From Octopus vulgaris (taxonomy: Eukaryota), in assembly GCA_951406725.2 (NCBI GenBank), contig OX597819.1, positions 65,162,001-65,226,000 of the forward strand: 64,000 bases of DNA, read 5' to 3'. The notes beneath the pieces are model-generated. The model made no database searches. It had not been told where the DNA came from and worked only from the letters and a program-made list of their open reading frames with translations. Below are positions 12,910 to 24,244 of the stretch, piece by piece. Both the position numbers and the translations under genes were made by a program. The number at the start of each line of letters is the position of its first letter. The stretch's first letter is position 1.

Positions 12910-13809
12910 ACCCTTCTATTTGCCGACGATGCCAAACTGGTCGCTCCTCGCGGTGATATAGAGGATCTTCGTCGATGCCTCCACCAAATTTGGAGATGGT
13001 CTAATGAATGGGACCTGTGGCTGAACCTGTCAAAGTGCTGTCATCTGCCTGTTGGCTCTCCTCCTGCAACTCAACTTGATTTCGAGCCGGGTCGTCTGCT
13101 GCTGGAGAGGACCGATCAAGTAAAGGACCTGGGTATCTTGGTAGATTCCTCCTTTTCGCCTTCGGCCCAGTGCGTCCATGCTGCCAACAAAGCACATGGA
13201 GTTCTGTTCTTGATTCGACGATCATTCGGAATGCTCACAGCAGCCATATTCCTACCGCTCTATGTCACGCTGGTGAGACCCATATTGGAGTACAGGATTC
13301 AAGCCTCTTCTCCTTCTCTCCTCAAAGACATACAGCATCTCGAAAGAGTCCAGAAGCTAGCTACCCGCATGGTTCTTGGTCTCAAGAATTTGTCTTATAA
13401 AAAAAGGCTGAAGACGCTTGAACTTTATTCTCTAGAAAAACGACGACGCCGTGGTGATCTCATTCTTGCTGACAACATCATAAGCGGAAAGTGTAACCTC
13501 TCGAAAGAGCTGTTCTTCACTCCTGCTCCAGAGCGTCGGCTGCGGGGTCATTCCGAAAAGCTCTATCTGCGACGATTTCATCTCAATCGAAGGAGAGGAG
13601 CTTTCTCCGTCCGGGTTGAGGATCCGTGGAATAAGCTGCCGGACGAGATGGTGAAGATGCCGACGACTACTCGGTTCAAAGTCTCCCTTGACCACAAGTG
13701 ACCTGAATTCTTTACATGAACACCACCCTGTACGTAACTCCATGTCCCCCTACATGGCCTTGCTATTTGCTTTATGAGCCAAAAAATTAACTAACTAACT
13801 AACTAACTA
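12910..13809 (+). mobile_element. 5'-truncated CR1-group LINE with (TAAC)n tail
   Basis: Uninterrupted frame from LLFADDAKLV (RT YADD-like motif, ~12913) through 'KDLGILVDS', 'LYVTLVRPILEY', 'LERVQKLATR', 'RRRRGDLI' to stop at 13701; (TAAC)n tail at ~13788-13809. Confidence 0.9.
12913..13701 (+). pseudogene. LINE ORF2 reverse transcriptase C-terminal fragment (~260 open codons)
   Basis: Upstream in-frame extension of ORF 13138..13701 without stops, starting at the FADD motif. Confidence 0.85.
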
Positions 13810-14039
13810 TTCCACGCAAGGTAAGCCTATTTTTCCTATGTTCATCGCATTGCCCGTGTATATCTTAATAGTGAGTTACTGGTGGTTTTAGAGCGATGGC
13901 TCCGATTATAGCATGCGATATTTATATACATTATTGAATCTGTGTGTGTGTGTGTGTGTGTATGCATGTATAGAGATAAAGGTAGAGATAGATAAATAGA
14001 GACATAGATAGATATAGATATAAATATATATGTACACAT

Positions 14040-15178
14040 ATACACATGCGGCTGATAACATCAAAAGACTTGGAAGGTAGCTCCTTGAGCATACTCTCCG
14101 TTTGATAACCTAGAATACATGCCCAAAGAAGTCGCATGACACCACCGCAACGTATCATCAGATGAAAGGATCAGCCTAGATGTGCAGAAGATTATGCATG
14201 GATATGGTAGTAGAAAGCTCCGTAATGATAGAAACATCGATCATCAAAGCAGTTCATTATGGACCAATAGCCGGATTACTACATCCCACTTTAAAGGGTA
14301 TGCGTTTGCAATCTAAGGACAGAAAATGTCAACCAAGTACCTGATGCATAAAAGGGAGAGAGATGCAGTAAAAGCCGTAAATTGAGACAACCGATACAGA
14401 CTTTGTGGATTTCACACTGAAAATAACATAAGCAGTTGCCTGAAAATGTCATAACGGTATTATCTACTGAGACATTATGTTGTACCTAGGACACTCTATA
14501 ATGAAATCCGTCGGAAGGATAATCCCGGAGACAAAGAAATAAAGGAATCTATCAGTGCAATCTACCAGTGCAGACCTCAACAAAATCTAAGCACTACAGA
14601 CCTGATATAATCATTTGTGACAGAGAAGAGAAACTGTGTACAGTTGTGGAAATTAGCTGACCAGCGGATGTTAAAGCTGAAGATCAATGGGAAAGAGAAT
14701 ACCTATGCTGAACTCTTGGGAACTTTGCAGTTACTCTATCCACATTACAAGTTCAGGTTTATATTTGTAATTATTGGGGCCCTGGGATATTTAGCACACT
14801 GCCTAAATACAAATCTTGAACAATTAGGCTTCTCAAAACCAAAAAGAAGAAAGCTAATTTGAAGACTAGGTTCAATCCATTGCTGGAACTGTAAAAATCT
14901 GAAAAACTTTCCAGACGTTTATCATTTATATATATATGAGCATGTCTAGATATACAACTATAAGCATGAGAATACATACAATACACATGCATATATACAT
15001 GCATACATACAAAAATACCCTGTTGTTGATGTTAAAATTCCACTGAAGGAAACTTGGATCAAGCTTAGAAACTGGTTCTTTCTCTATTGGCGAGAAATCT
15101 TGAAATAAACTGAATAATGACATACATACATACATACATACATACATACATACATACATACATACAAACATACATACA
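14040..15178 (+). mobile_element. R4/Dong-like non-LTR retrotransposon 3' part (restriction-like endonuclease) ending in (CATA)n
   Basis: 'HYRPDIII', 'KENTYAELL..LQLLYPHYKFRFIFVIIGALG'; 3'UTR followed by a (CATA)n run; homologous copy at 36465-37270. Confidence 0.7.
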
Positions 15179-15464
15179 TTCTCCGTTTCGTAAATGGAAA
15201 GCGACGTTTAGTAAAGTGAAATTCTTCAATTCCTTTTTTATATATATTTCGTTAGACTCATCTATTAATATACTTAATTACGATGTGTAAGTTTAAGCTG
15301 TTGGTGTTTGAGATGAAGTTATACGCTTGGAGAATTTACTGCTCGACTATGCACAAATAACAAATAAGTATGTGGGCTTTTCTCGAAAGATACGATTTAT
15401 ATAGTATAACATTAACTGTAATGTTAACAGAAAATCGAATTTACTCTGTTTTTACTGTTTAGGC

Positions 15465-15640
15465 ACGTTTCAGTCATTTAACTGGTGCCATGCTGCTGCA
15501 CCACCTTTATTCGAAGGAATCGACCCCAGGAGTTATTCTCTATATGTCTGTTTTGCCGAAACGCTTAGTTATGGGGAGGTAAACATACCAACATCGGTTT
15601 TCAAGCGATTGTGGGAGGACAAACGCTGACACCCATACTT
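15465..15640 (-). mobile_element. SINE family A, 3' fragment
   Basis: GTTTCAGTCATTT..GCCATGCTG..CGACCCCAGG..ACCAACATCGGTT. Confidence 0.65.
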
Positions 15641-15650
15641 AAATATATAT

Positions 15651-15706
<56 letters not shown>

Positions 15707-15858
15707 TAGAGAAAAACACTATTATGTCATTCAAATAATGATAGACATAAACCAAATCATAAAGAAAAAATAAAATATATTATAACACATATGACTAGAT
15801 CACAAAACGTATAAAAATGAATAATCAATATATGATACTAAATTGAATTTTTCCCGAA

Positions 15859-15902
<44 letters not shown>

Positions 15903-15995
15903 CAACAATTGAGGGTAAAATTAATTAATTATTAATCAATTTCACCAAGTGTTCAGTATGCAAAGGGACCATTTAAGGCGAATTCAAATTATTAC

Positions 15996-16460
15996 ATTAT
16001 ATAGAAGGGCTTAGTAAAATAAATTACTTTGCCGCATACTGAACTCATTAGAAATAGCAGCTAAAAAACTTTTTTAAAAACTATTTCTAATACTTAAAGA
16101 AAACCTCTCTCATATAGTGCTTGCTTAACTCAACTCACGAAAGTTTGGGGGTAAAGACATAAAAAAATCAAATGCAAAGGGTATGCTCTCACTTTCAGTG
16201 TTTTCAAATCCAAACCAAGGAGTTTCTGAGCTGATGATAGAAGTGTCGTGTTGACTAATCTTGAAACGTACGTTCTCAAATAACCTTTGCATTTGATTTT
16301 TTTATGTCTTTACCCCCAAACTTTCGTGAGTTGAGTTAAGCAAGCACTATATGAGAGAGGTTTTCTTTAAGTATTAGAAATAGTTTTTAAAAAAGTTTTT
16401 TAGCTGCTATTTCTAATGAGTTCAGTATGCGGCAAAGTAATTTATTTTACTAAGCCCTTC

Positions 16461-16468
<8 letters not shown>
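15996..16468. repeat. Perfect inverted repeat: 185-bp arms (15996-16180 and 16284-16468) with 103-bp spacer, in a (TA)n context
   Basis: Arms are reverse complements by eye (ATTATATAGAAGGGC...AATGCAAAGG / CCTTTGCATT...GCCCTTCTATATAAT). Confidence 0.95.
16227..16278 (+). ncRNA. Type-I hammerhead ribozyme-like motif in the inverted-repeat loop
   Basis: TGAG-CTGATGA-[irregular stem II AGA..GTC(gtgtt)GAC..TCT]-GAAA-CGTACG-TT-CTCA; palindromic stem III; TGAG/CTCA stem I. Confidence 0.7.
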
Positions 16469-16500
<32 letters not shown>

Positions 16501-16621
16501 ACTTAGATAAACTTAGAGAAACTTAGATATGTTTCGACCAAAGATTGGTCCAGGTTATGTCTAACTTAATAGCACCACCTGGTAGGATTATCTGAAACCT
16601 GTTTAAGTTAAGTTTATAAAT

Positions 16622-16645
16622 ATAGATAGATAGATAGATAGATAT

Positions 16646-16678
<33 letters not shown>

Positions 16679-16711
16679 CAGGCAGAAAGACAGACAGACA
16701 GACAGACAGAC

Positions 16712-16800
<89 letters not shown>
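16622..16800. repeat. (TAGA)n/(CAGA)n microsatellite
   Basis: Directly visible. Confidence 0.95.
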
Positions 16801-17539
16801 TACATATATACATACCCAAGCTAAATAAGCAATAATAATAATAATACTTAGAGGTATTACTTCCACTGCTACGACCATGACCACTAACAACAACAACAAT
16901 ACTAAAGGTGATCAAGACGAAGATAGCAGGAAAATTATCTTATTTAGGGTTAAAAGTTCTATTGCCACCACCATCACCACTAGCAACAATAATTAAGGTG
17001 CTGACAATGATGATGATGACAATTGAAATATAAAAATATAAAAATCTCTGACAAAGGATATTTACAACATTTCTAAAAATAACCCAACAATTGCTGCTTC
17101 GGCCAGGGTCAAGATACAGGACTCTTGACCTGTCCAACAAAGCGTGATGCCTAAACCAATCAGCTCAACCAACCAATCAGCTTAAATAATTGAGTGATAC
17201 TACACACTGATTGGTCAGAATACAGTTTGCAAAACCTAGCACTCTGGAGCCTACCCAGCTGTATTTATAGCACAGAATCACTCATCTTGATACAGTCAAA
17301 AATTGTGAAGCATGACTGTCAACACTACTACATGAACCCGAAGATTGCAGAATTCAATGCATGAAAGTACTAGTTCAATCAGAATGAATATTTAACATTC
17401 TACTATTTCATTTTATTTTATTCAATTATAATATATTATCTTATAATATATCATTATAAGATTGTAAATAAAACGTGAAAATCAGACAAGGTTGGAATTC
17501 TTTTTATTAATATATTCTTCTATACACAATCACACACAC

Positions 17540-17589
<50 letters not shown>

Positions 17590-18676
17590 GTACACACACA
17601 CGATGAAATCCAATTATTATGAACTGTTTTTTAACGTAAGAGATTCCTAATTATTTGAATGTAAATCTAATTTTCAAATTTATACTATGTCGTATTTAGA
17701 TGATTTTTCTCAAATGAGAAATTCAGAACTTCTTGGATCTTTTAGTCCTCCATCCAATAGTTATTCTTGGCAGTCAGACAGACATTTTCTTTTTCACTAT
17801 GTATCTGTTAAAACTGGCAGTCAGACTGACATTTTCGTTTTTCAATGATTTTCTTCATGAATATTAGTTCATAGTATTTTATTTAATTTTCTGCAAGGTT
17901 TTGTCCAGCTTCAGGCGTAATTCAAATTAGACTGTCACTTATGAAATAAACACACGTGCTTGCGCACGTACCCATGCATGCACAAACGCGCACGCACACA
18001 TATGAATATACAAATGTGTCAGCAGTTATTATTTGGAGAAGCTGCATCAATATTGAATAAAATATATTCATTAAACGGCCATATTATTACGTCGATCATT
18101 CAATTGCTTATATTTTCTATTCCCATTTAGATGAATTATGTTGGATAAATTTCTTGGTGAATTGACAAGTATATGTAGTGGAGTTAACACACCAGTCTGA
18201 GCAAACAATATGTGGTTATATATGTATTTACCGCACGTTTTGTAAGTATGGAGTGAATATGATGTGGATAAGACTACATTGCTGTATAAGGAAGCAACTC
18301 ATTTGATTTATTCATATGAAAATATCGACTATTTTCTTTAGAGACACACCACCATTGACTATCACGTAAGCAACACAGATACATACATATATACAAACAG
18401 ACAGACGGACAGGTAATGATATTCAATATAGAAAACACGTATTGTTTATGGTACATGTGAACTTGTTCTGTAAATATAAAAATATTTACACTTATACTTT
18501 TTCGAGAATGTTCAGCTTTTTAATATTTTCTTTTGTTTCTCTATTCGTACTTTTATATAATTCATATGAATATATGTATGTATGTATATTTTATATATCA
18601 AACCTAAGTTTGTTTATTGGCATCATTATATATCTCTTTATCTTTCTCTCTGTATATATATATATATATATGTATA

Positions 18677-18740
<64 letters not shown>

Positions 18741-18792
18741 TGTATACGTGTATGTATATATGTATATATATAGATATATGTATGTATGTGTT

Positions 18793-18823
<31 letters not shown>

Positions 18824-18909
18824 ATGTGTGTATAAGTATATACATATATATGGATGTATGTATATATAGATACATGCATTTACAAATGAATGAAATTGAT
18901 TTATATAAT

Positions 18910-19312
18910 GGATGAAGGTGCACTTGATGTAGACCTCCGTGTTGAGTCTGAGGCCGTGTGTAAATATGATTGGAGGCATAACGTCACCATCATTAGTGAT
19001 CGCTCCAAACATCATTATGTTTACTGGATGCTTCATTTTTATCACTCTCGATACATATCCTGAGATTGCGCTATTTTCAGATTAACACCCAAACGCTCGG
19101 AAATGTTCGTATTAGAGCTTTCACTTCGAATGCCAACTAGTACAGTATATCATTTCCAAGTCTCTGAAAGAAAGAATTGTGTCATGGTGCTGTTTCTCTC
19201 AGAGACAGTACACAACTGTTCTCCTATACTGTAGTGTCGGTAAATTTTTTGTTTAAACTGTACACGTGCGAAATTAAAAATATAAAATAGTGATAAAGTA
19301 CCCATTTGTATC
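18910..19312 (-). mobile_element. Tc1/mariner (maT-like) transposon relic
   Basis: 'HPVNIMMFGAITNDGDVMPPIIFTHGLRLNTEVYIKC'; related to 43846-44965. Confidence 0.7.
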
Positions 19313-19347
<35 letters not shown>

Positions 19348-19396
19348 ATATATGATATATATATATATATATATATGATATATATATGTATATATT

Positions 19397-19463
<67 letters not shown>

Positions 19464-19493
19464 GATTTATATATATATATATATATATATATA

Positions 19494-19730
19494 CCACAGC
19501 TCTTCAATATCCTTCCTAAATGCCTGCATATTGTGGATTTGGGTTTCTTTAAAACTAAACTGGATCTCTTCTTGTCAGGGTTTCCATATGATACTACCTC
19601 TCGCCCAGGAAACACAGATGCGGGCAGCGGCGTCGAACTCGCTTGTTGATCAAGGGCCACGTATCAGAAATGTTTCTCATACTAGTGTAGCTCATTCAAC
19701 GGTGTTGCCCCAGCATGGCTACATTTTTAA
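19494..19730 (+). mobile_element. CR1-group LINE 3' end, same family as 4730-5055
   Basis: 'PQLFNILPK..FFKTKLDLFLSGFP'. Confidence 0.7.
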
Positions 19731-19762
19731 GGATTTAAGAATTTATATATATGTTTAGGGTG

Positions 19763-20125
19763 CGTGGAGTCGCAATGGACTAGTATTTAGGGCAGCGGAC
19801 TCACGGTCGTAGGATCGCAGTTTCGATTCTACGCCTTAGCGTTGTGAGTATTTCTTGAGCGAAATCACCTAAAGGCTCCGGAAGAAGGTGGTGCCGAACT
19901 CTGCTGTACTATTTCACCACAACTTTCTGTTGTACCTGTATTTCTGTTGTACCTGTATTTCAAAGAGGCCAGCCTTGTCACACTCTGTATCACGCTAAAT
20001 TGCCCCGAGAACTACGTAAAGAGTACACGTGTATGTGAAGTCTTCACCCACTTGCACATTAATTTCAGACTGTTCCGTTGATCCGATAAACTGGAACGCT
20101 CGTCGTCGTAAGCGACGGAGTGCCA
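19763..20125 (+). mobile_element. tRNA-derived SINE family C
   Basis: GCAATGG..TTAGGGCAGCGGACTC..GTTTCGATTC; matches 50185-50569. Confidence 0.8.
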
Positions 20126-22286
20126 GGATATAGGGTGCAATAGGTAATTTATATATATTATAACTTTTCGCCATTTGTTCTCTCTCTTGGTGAAGTTTTA
20201 TTGAAATATTCTTTAAAAAATATTTTAACATACACATTTACATATACGCATTTACATAGGTTCACACACAAGCATTTAAAATGGCTGGGATTTTTTAGTG
20301 TATGCGTATTTGTTGCGCTCTTTTCTAGTTCCGTACAATCGTTTCACACTGTATCCAAGAAGGAAGTTGGTCATATCGATCAATGATAATATTTTGCAGT
20401 CGTTATTGAAGGAAAAAATGAAAAGACGGTGGCGTGTCGTGTTGCAGCTGTGTTACATGCTATTATAGTTTTGAAGTACTTTTCACGAGTGCCTTGTGGA
20501 CAAGTATAACCAGGCACTTGCAATTCCTCTTCAGAAGCACTCACAACACACAACAAGCATCAAGAAAAAATTACAAGCTCGAGAGAATAATAAGATTTGT
20601 TTCAATTCAGCGATCAGCAAGAATATCGATGTTGTGAAGCAAAAGAATTCATTTCCCATATGAACAAATAGGTTCTCAAAGACAACGAGCTTCATTAATT
20701 ATTCAAAAGAACCTTCAACTCTGCCAGTTATTTCCAAATCAATTTTTGAAGAATTATCTCATTTATTTTCATACACATAAAATCTTTAAAAACATATAAA
20801 ACTGAATGAACGATGCCAGAATTTGTGGAAATGTTGAAATAAATGTTTTATACCTAGTAGTCGGATACCATTTTTTTTTATTTGTCTTACATACCCAATT
20901 GTTTTAGAGACTGATTTCTATATCTATATGTCTTGTATGCACAGTTGGTGAGTAACATTTTGAATCGTATATACCCAGCATTTGTTTAACTGCGGCAGTA
21001 CTGTGTTCCGCGAATGCAAACGAAATATTGTTGTAAGAATCTACCGCGTCATTTCAAGTGTAGTCATACATAAGCAAACCTCACAAACTCCTGCATTCGT
21101 CCACACCCACTCAGACTTTCAAACAATCTCATTTTCATACAAGCACATTTGAAAAAAGGAAACCTCGCGTAATCTACCATCATTACATTGTGTGTTGTAT
21201 CGTTGTGAAAGTAGCGTGGCAAAATAGCAGTTCAATATTTCGAAATGCATAACGGCCTAATGAGTGTTTGTTAACAAAATGCCAGGGTTAGCATCGACTT
21301 GCAGACTGAATATCATGTTATCACTTTTTCCATTTTTGTAACACTCAAGGCACCAATGATTGCTTCAGTGTAACGCAGCTATATTGTCTAATGCTTCAAC
21401 GGCAAATTCACAAATTCCTCGGACGATATTTTTATCCTGGTTATAAAGAATTGCAAGCAAAATATACGCTTGTAAGTCTGGAAGTAGCGACCAGCAATAT
21501 ATGAACACGTGTATGTATACAGTTGTTTATCTGTAATTGAATGACTCTCTCTATTTAACTGTGTAATTGGTGTTCATCGATGTTTATTCAGCATGCTAAT
21601 TAAGCACTATTGAAATATATACCACTGCTACTGCCCATAAACAATTAAATATTAGTACTGAAGCTACGCAATGATAGAGCGTGACCTAGTGGTCAATATG
21701 ATAATATTACGATGAGAATGGCATGAGTTACGTATCTTCCCGATCAGCGCTTCCTTTTACCTTACGCTAGTCTACTGATCTGTCTGTCACCCACACGGAC
21801 ACTCATCCCTCATTCGCATTCTCACTTCCGCTCTCTCACTCATATTCTCTCCATCTCTCCCTCTCTTACTCTCTCTAGCTGGATGTGCTATATCTTGGAT
21901 GTGCCACTAGGTGAGCAGTTCGGGTGCGTGCCTATGTCTCCTAGCGGTTATATTTCCATATACAGTTATTAAACAAATTTGCATCTACAGTAATTAACCA
22001 ATTTTGCATATACGGTTAATTAAACAAATCCTGCTATCAAATCATATATTCTCGTTGGTAAAGTCTTATTCAATTAAACTCGAGCGTATTACAACGAAGT
22101 TGACTTAAATCCCTTAGATTACATGTATTGAGTGAAAGAACTAGTAAATATGTTGTTCCTGTTGCATGATATCCACAAATGGATTTACAAATAATTCCTG
22201 CCCGATATTCCATGATCAATACGTCAAAGTAGCAATTACTATTCCCTACCGCATCTAAAACAATATCGCTGGTTTCTAAGTTTATA

Positions 22287-22685
22287 GGCGTAGGAGTGGT
22301 TGTGTGGAAAGTAGGTTGCTTACCAACCACATGCTTCCGGGTTCAGTCCCACTGCGTGGCAACTTGGGCAAGTATCTTCTACTATAGCCTCGGGCCAACC
22401 AAAGCCTTGTGAGTAAATTTCGTAGACGGAAACTAAAAGAAGCCCGTCGTATATATGTATAAATATGTATGTGTGTATATGCTTGTGTGCCTGTGTTTGT
22501 CCCCACAACATCGCTTGAAAACCGATGTTGTGTTCACTTCTCCGTCAACATACCAGTGGTTCGGCAAAATAGACCGGTAGAATAAATACTAAGCTTACAA
22601 AGAATAAGTCCTGGGGTCGATTTGCTCGACTAAAGGCGGTACTCCAGCATAGCTACAGTTGAATGACTGAAAGAAATAAAAGAGT
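22287..22685 (+). mobile_element. SINE family A, full length
   Basis: tRNA-like head GGCGTAGGAGTGGTTGTGTGG..GGGTTCAGTCCC, internal (TA/TG)n, 3' GACTGAAA..TAAAAGAG tail. Confidence 0.9.
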
Positions 22686-23015
22686 TGTTGTAGTAGCCTG
22701 CATCCTACACTCTACATATAACTACTTTACTAGTTATATGTAAAGTGTCACACAGAAGAGGATACAGTTTCACCGATTCTTTTGGCCATCATATATAAAA
22801 CGGTTAATTTGATTGTCAACTTTGTTGAATTTAGCTTTGGTGTAATTACTCTTTCCATACAACGATGAAATGAGAAAAAAACATATATAAAGTACTTATG
22901 CTCATTAAATGTATGCGCATATATCTATGTATACGCACACACACCCACACACACATATATGCATATATATGTATTTGTGTGTGTGTGTGCGTGCGTGTAT
23001 GTATATATATATATA

Positions 23016-23098
<83 letters not shown>

Positions 23099-23169
23099 GC
23101 ATATATCACAGACTACAGTATACAGAGACTACAGAAGACACGTGATCCGTAGTTATAGTCTGTGATTTT

Positions 23170-24123
23170 GTCATGCACAGGAACAAAGAATCAACGTGAA
23201 TTATTTTGTATTAAACATGAGAAGTCTGACACAGAGACACAGAGCATGTTTCTGCAATCCTACGGCGACGAGACATGGGCCATACGTAAAGTTTCGAGTG
23301 GCACGGGCGCTTCAAAAGCGGAAGTTTATCCCTGCAAGAAGACGAACGATTTGGAATACCTGCCACGAGCGTCTCACCCGAAAATCTGGAGAAAATTCCT
23401 GAGCTTGCTCAAGAGGATCACCGGAGGACATTCAACGACATTGCTGATATTGTTGATCTGTTATATGAGTCCGTGTAGGCAATACTAACGTCTGAACTGA
23501 ACATGCGGTGTGTCTTTGTCAAGTTTGTCCGCCCCATGCTGACCACTGAGCAGAAAGAATATCCCATCGAATCCAGTCAATATCTCCGTCAGCGTGCAAC
23601 CGTGGGCCATCATCGGTTACGAAAGTTTGGTCTAGGAAACTGAAACGAAACAGCAGTCATCATAATGGAAGAGTCCTTCAGCACTACGACCCAAGAAGGC
23701 ACGACAGAGCTGTAACTCAATGAAGAAAATACTCAACCGTTCTTTTTTTTTTTCGACATCTGTGGTTTTGTGCATCAAGAATTCATCCCCCGGGGCCAGA
23801 CCGTCAATCGAGTGTCCTGCAACGTTTTGAAGTATTTGAGGGAAGAAATTCGGCGAATGCGACCGGATATGTGGAGCGCAAATGATTGGATTCTTCACAA
23901 TCACAATGTAACTTGTCACTGAGATCTCCTAACACGTGGTTTATTCGCTCAAAACAACATGGTATCGCTTCCGCACCTACTCTGTTCGTCACATTTAGCA
24001 CCTGCACACTTCCATCTCTTCCCCAACGTGAACATGCAGTCCATAGGTCGCCTATTTAACACCGTTTCCAAGATTGAGAGTGAATGATGTTAAAACTTAG
24101 GTAAATAAGTCATATTTTATTGA
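23170..24123 (+). mobile_element. Decayed mariner transposon; probable right TIR displaced to 30262-30297 by the Helitron
   Basis: 'KSDTETQSMFLQSYGDET', 'VFEWHGRFKSG', 'KFVRPMLTTEQKE', 'WILHNHN', 'HLAPAHFHLFP' resemble mariner HTH and DDD motifs. Confidence 0.8.
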
Positions 24124-24135
24124 CTAGCAGCATAG

Positions 24136-24151
24136 CCCGGCGTTGCCCGGG
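24136..24151 (-). other. Helitron 3' subterminal GC hairpin
   Basis: CCCGG-GCAACG-CCGGG, 8 nt upstream of the terminal CTAG. Confidence 0.9.
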
Positions 24152-24244
24152 TATGTAAGAGCCCCTAGTAGGCAACGACTAATCCCAATGTAGTCCTTTC
24201 CTCCAGGGAACGAAGGTGCATGTGGGCGTTGCAATGTCTTGTCT

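Noticed and set aside
12898-13819. CACGCAA on both sides of the CR1-like LINE as a TSD
   Set aside because: Only 7 bp and not immediately adjacent to either junction
15035-15085. Hammerhead-like layout in the R4/Dong 3'UTR (also 36530-36580)
   Set aside because: Core reads CCAAUGA or CACUGAAGG inconsistently between copies; essential G5 is not conserved
16523-16565. Hairpin plus GAAAC on the minus strand (also ~2790-2830) suggesting a hammerhead
   Set aside because: No CUGANGA-like core in either copy
20400-21480. Complex sequence possibly derived from a DNA transposon (also 51260-52060, 58100-58550, 33905-34340)
   Set aside because: No motif identifiable with confidence without a database search
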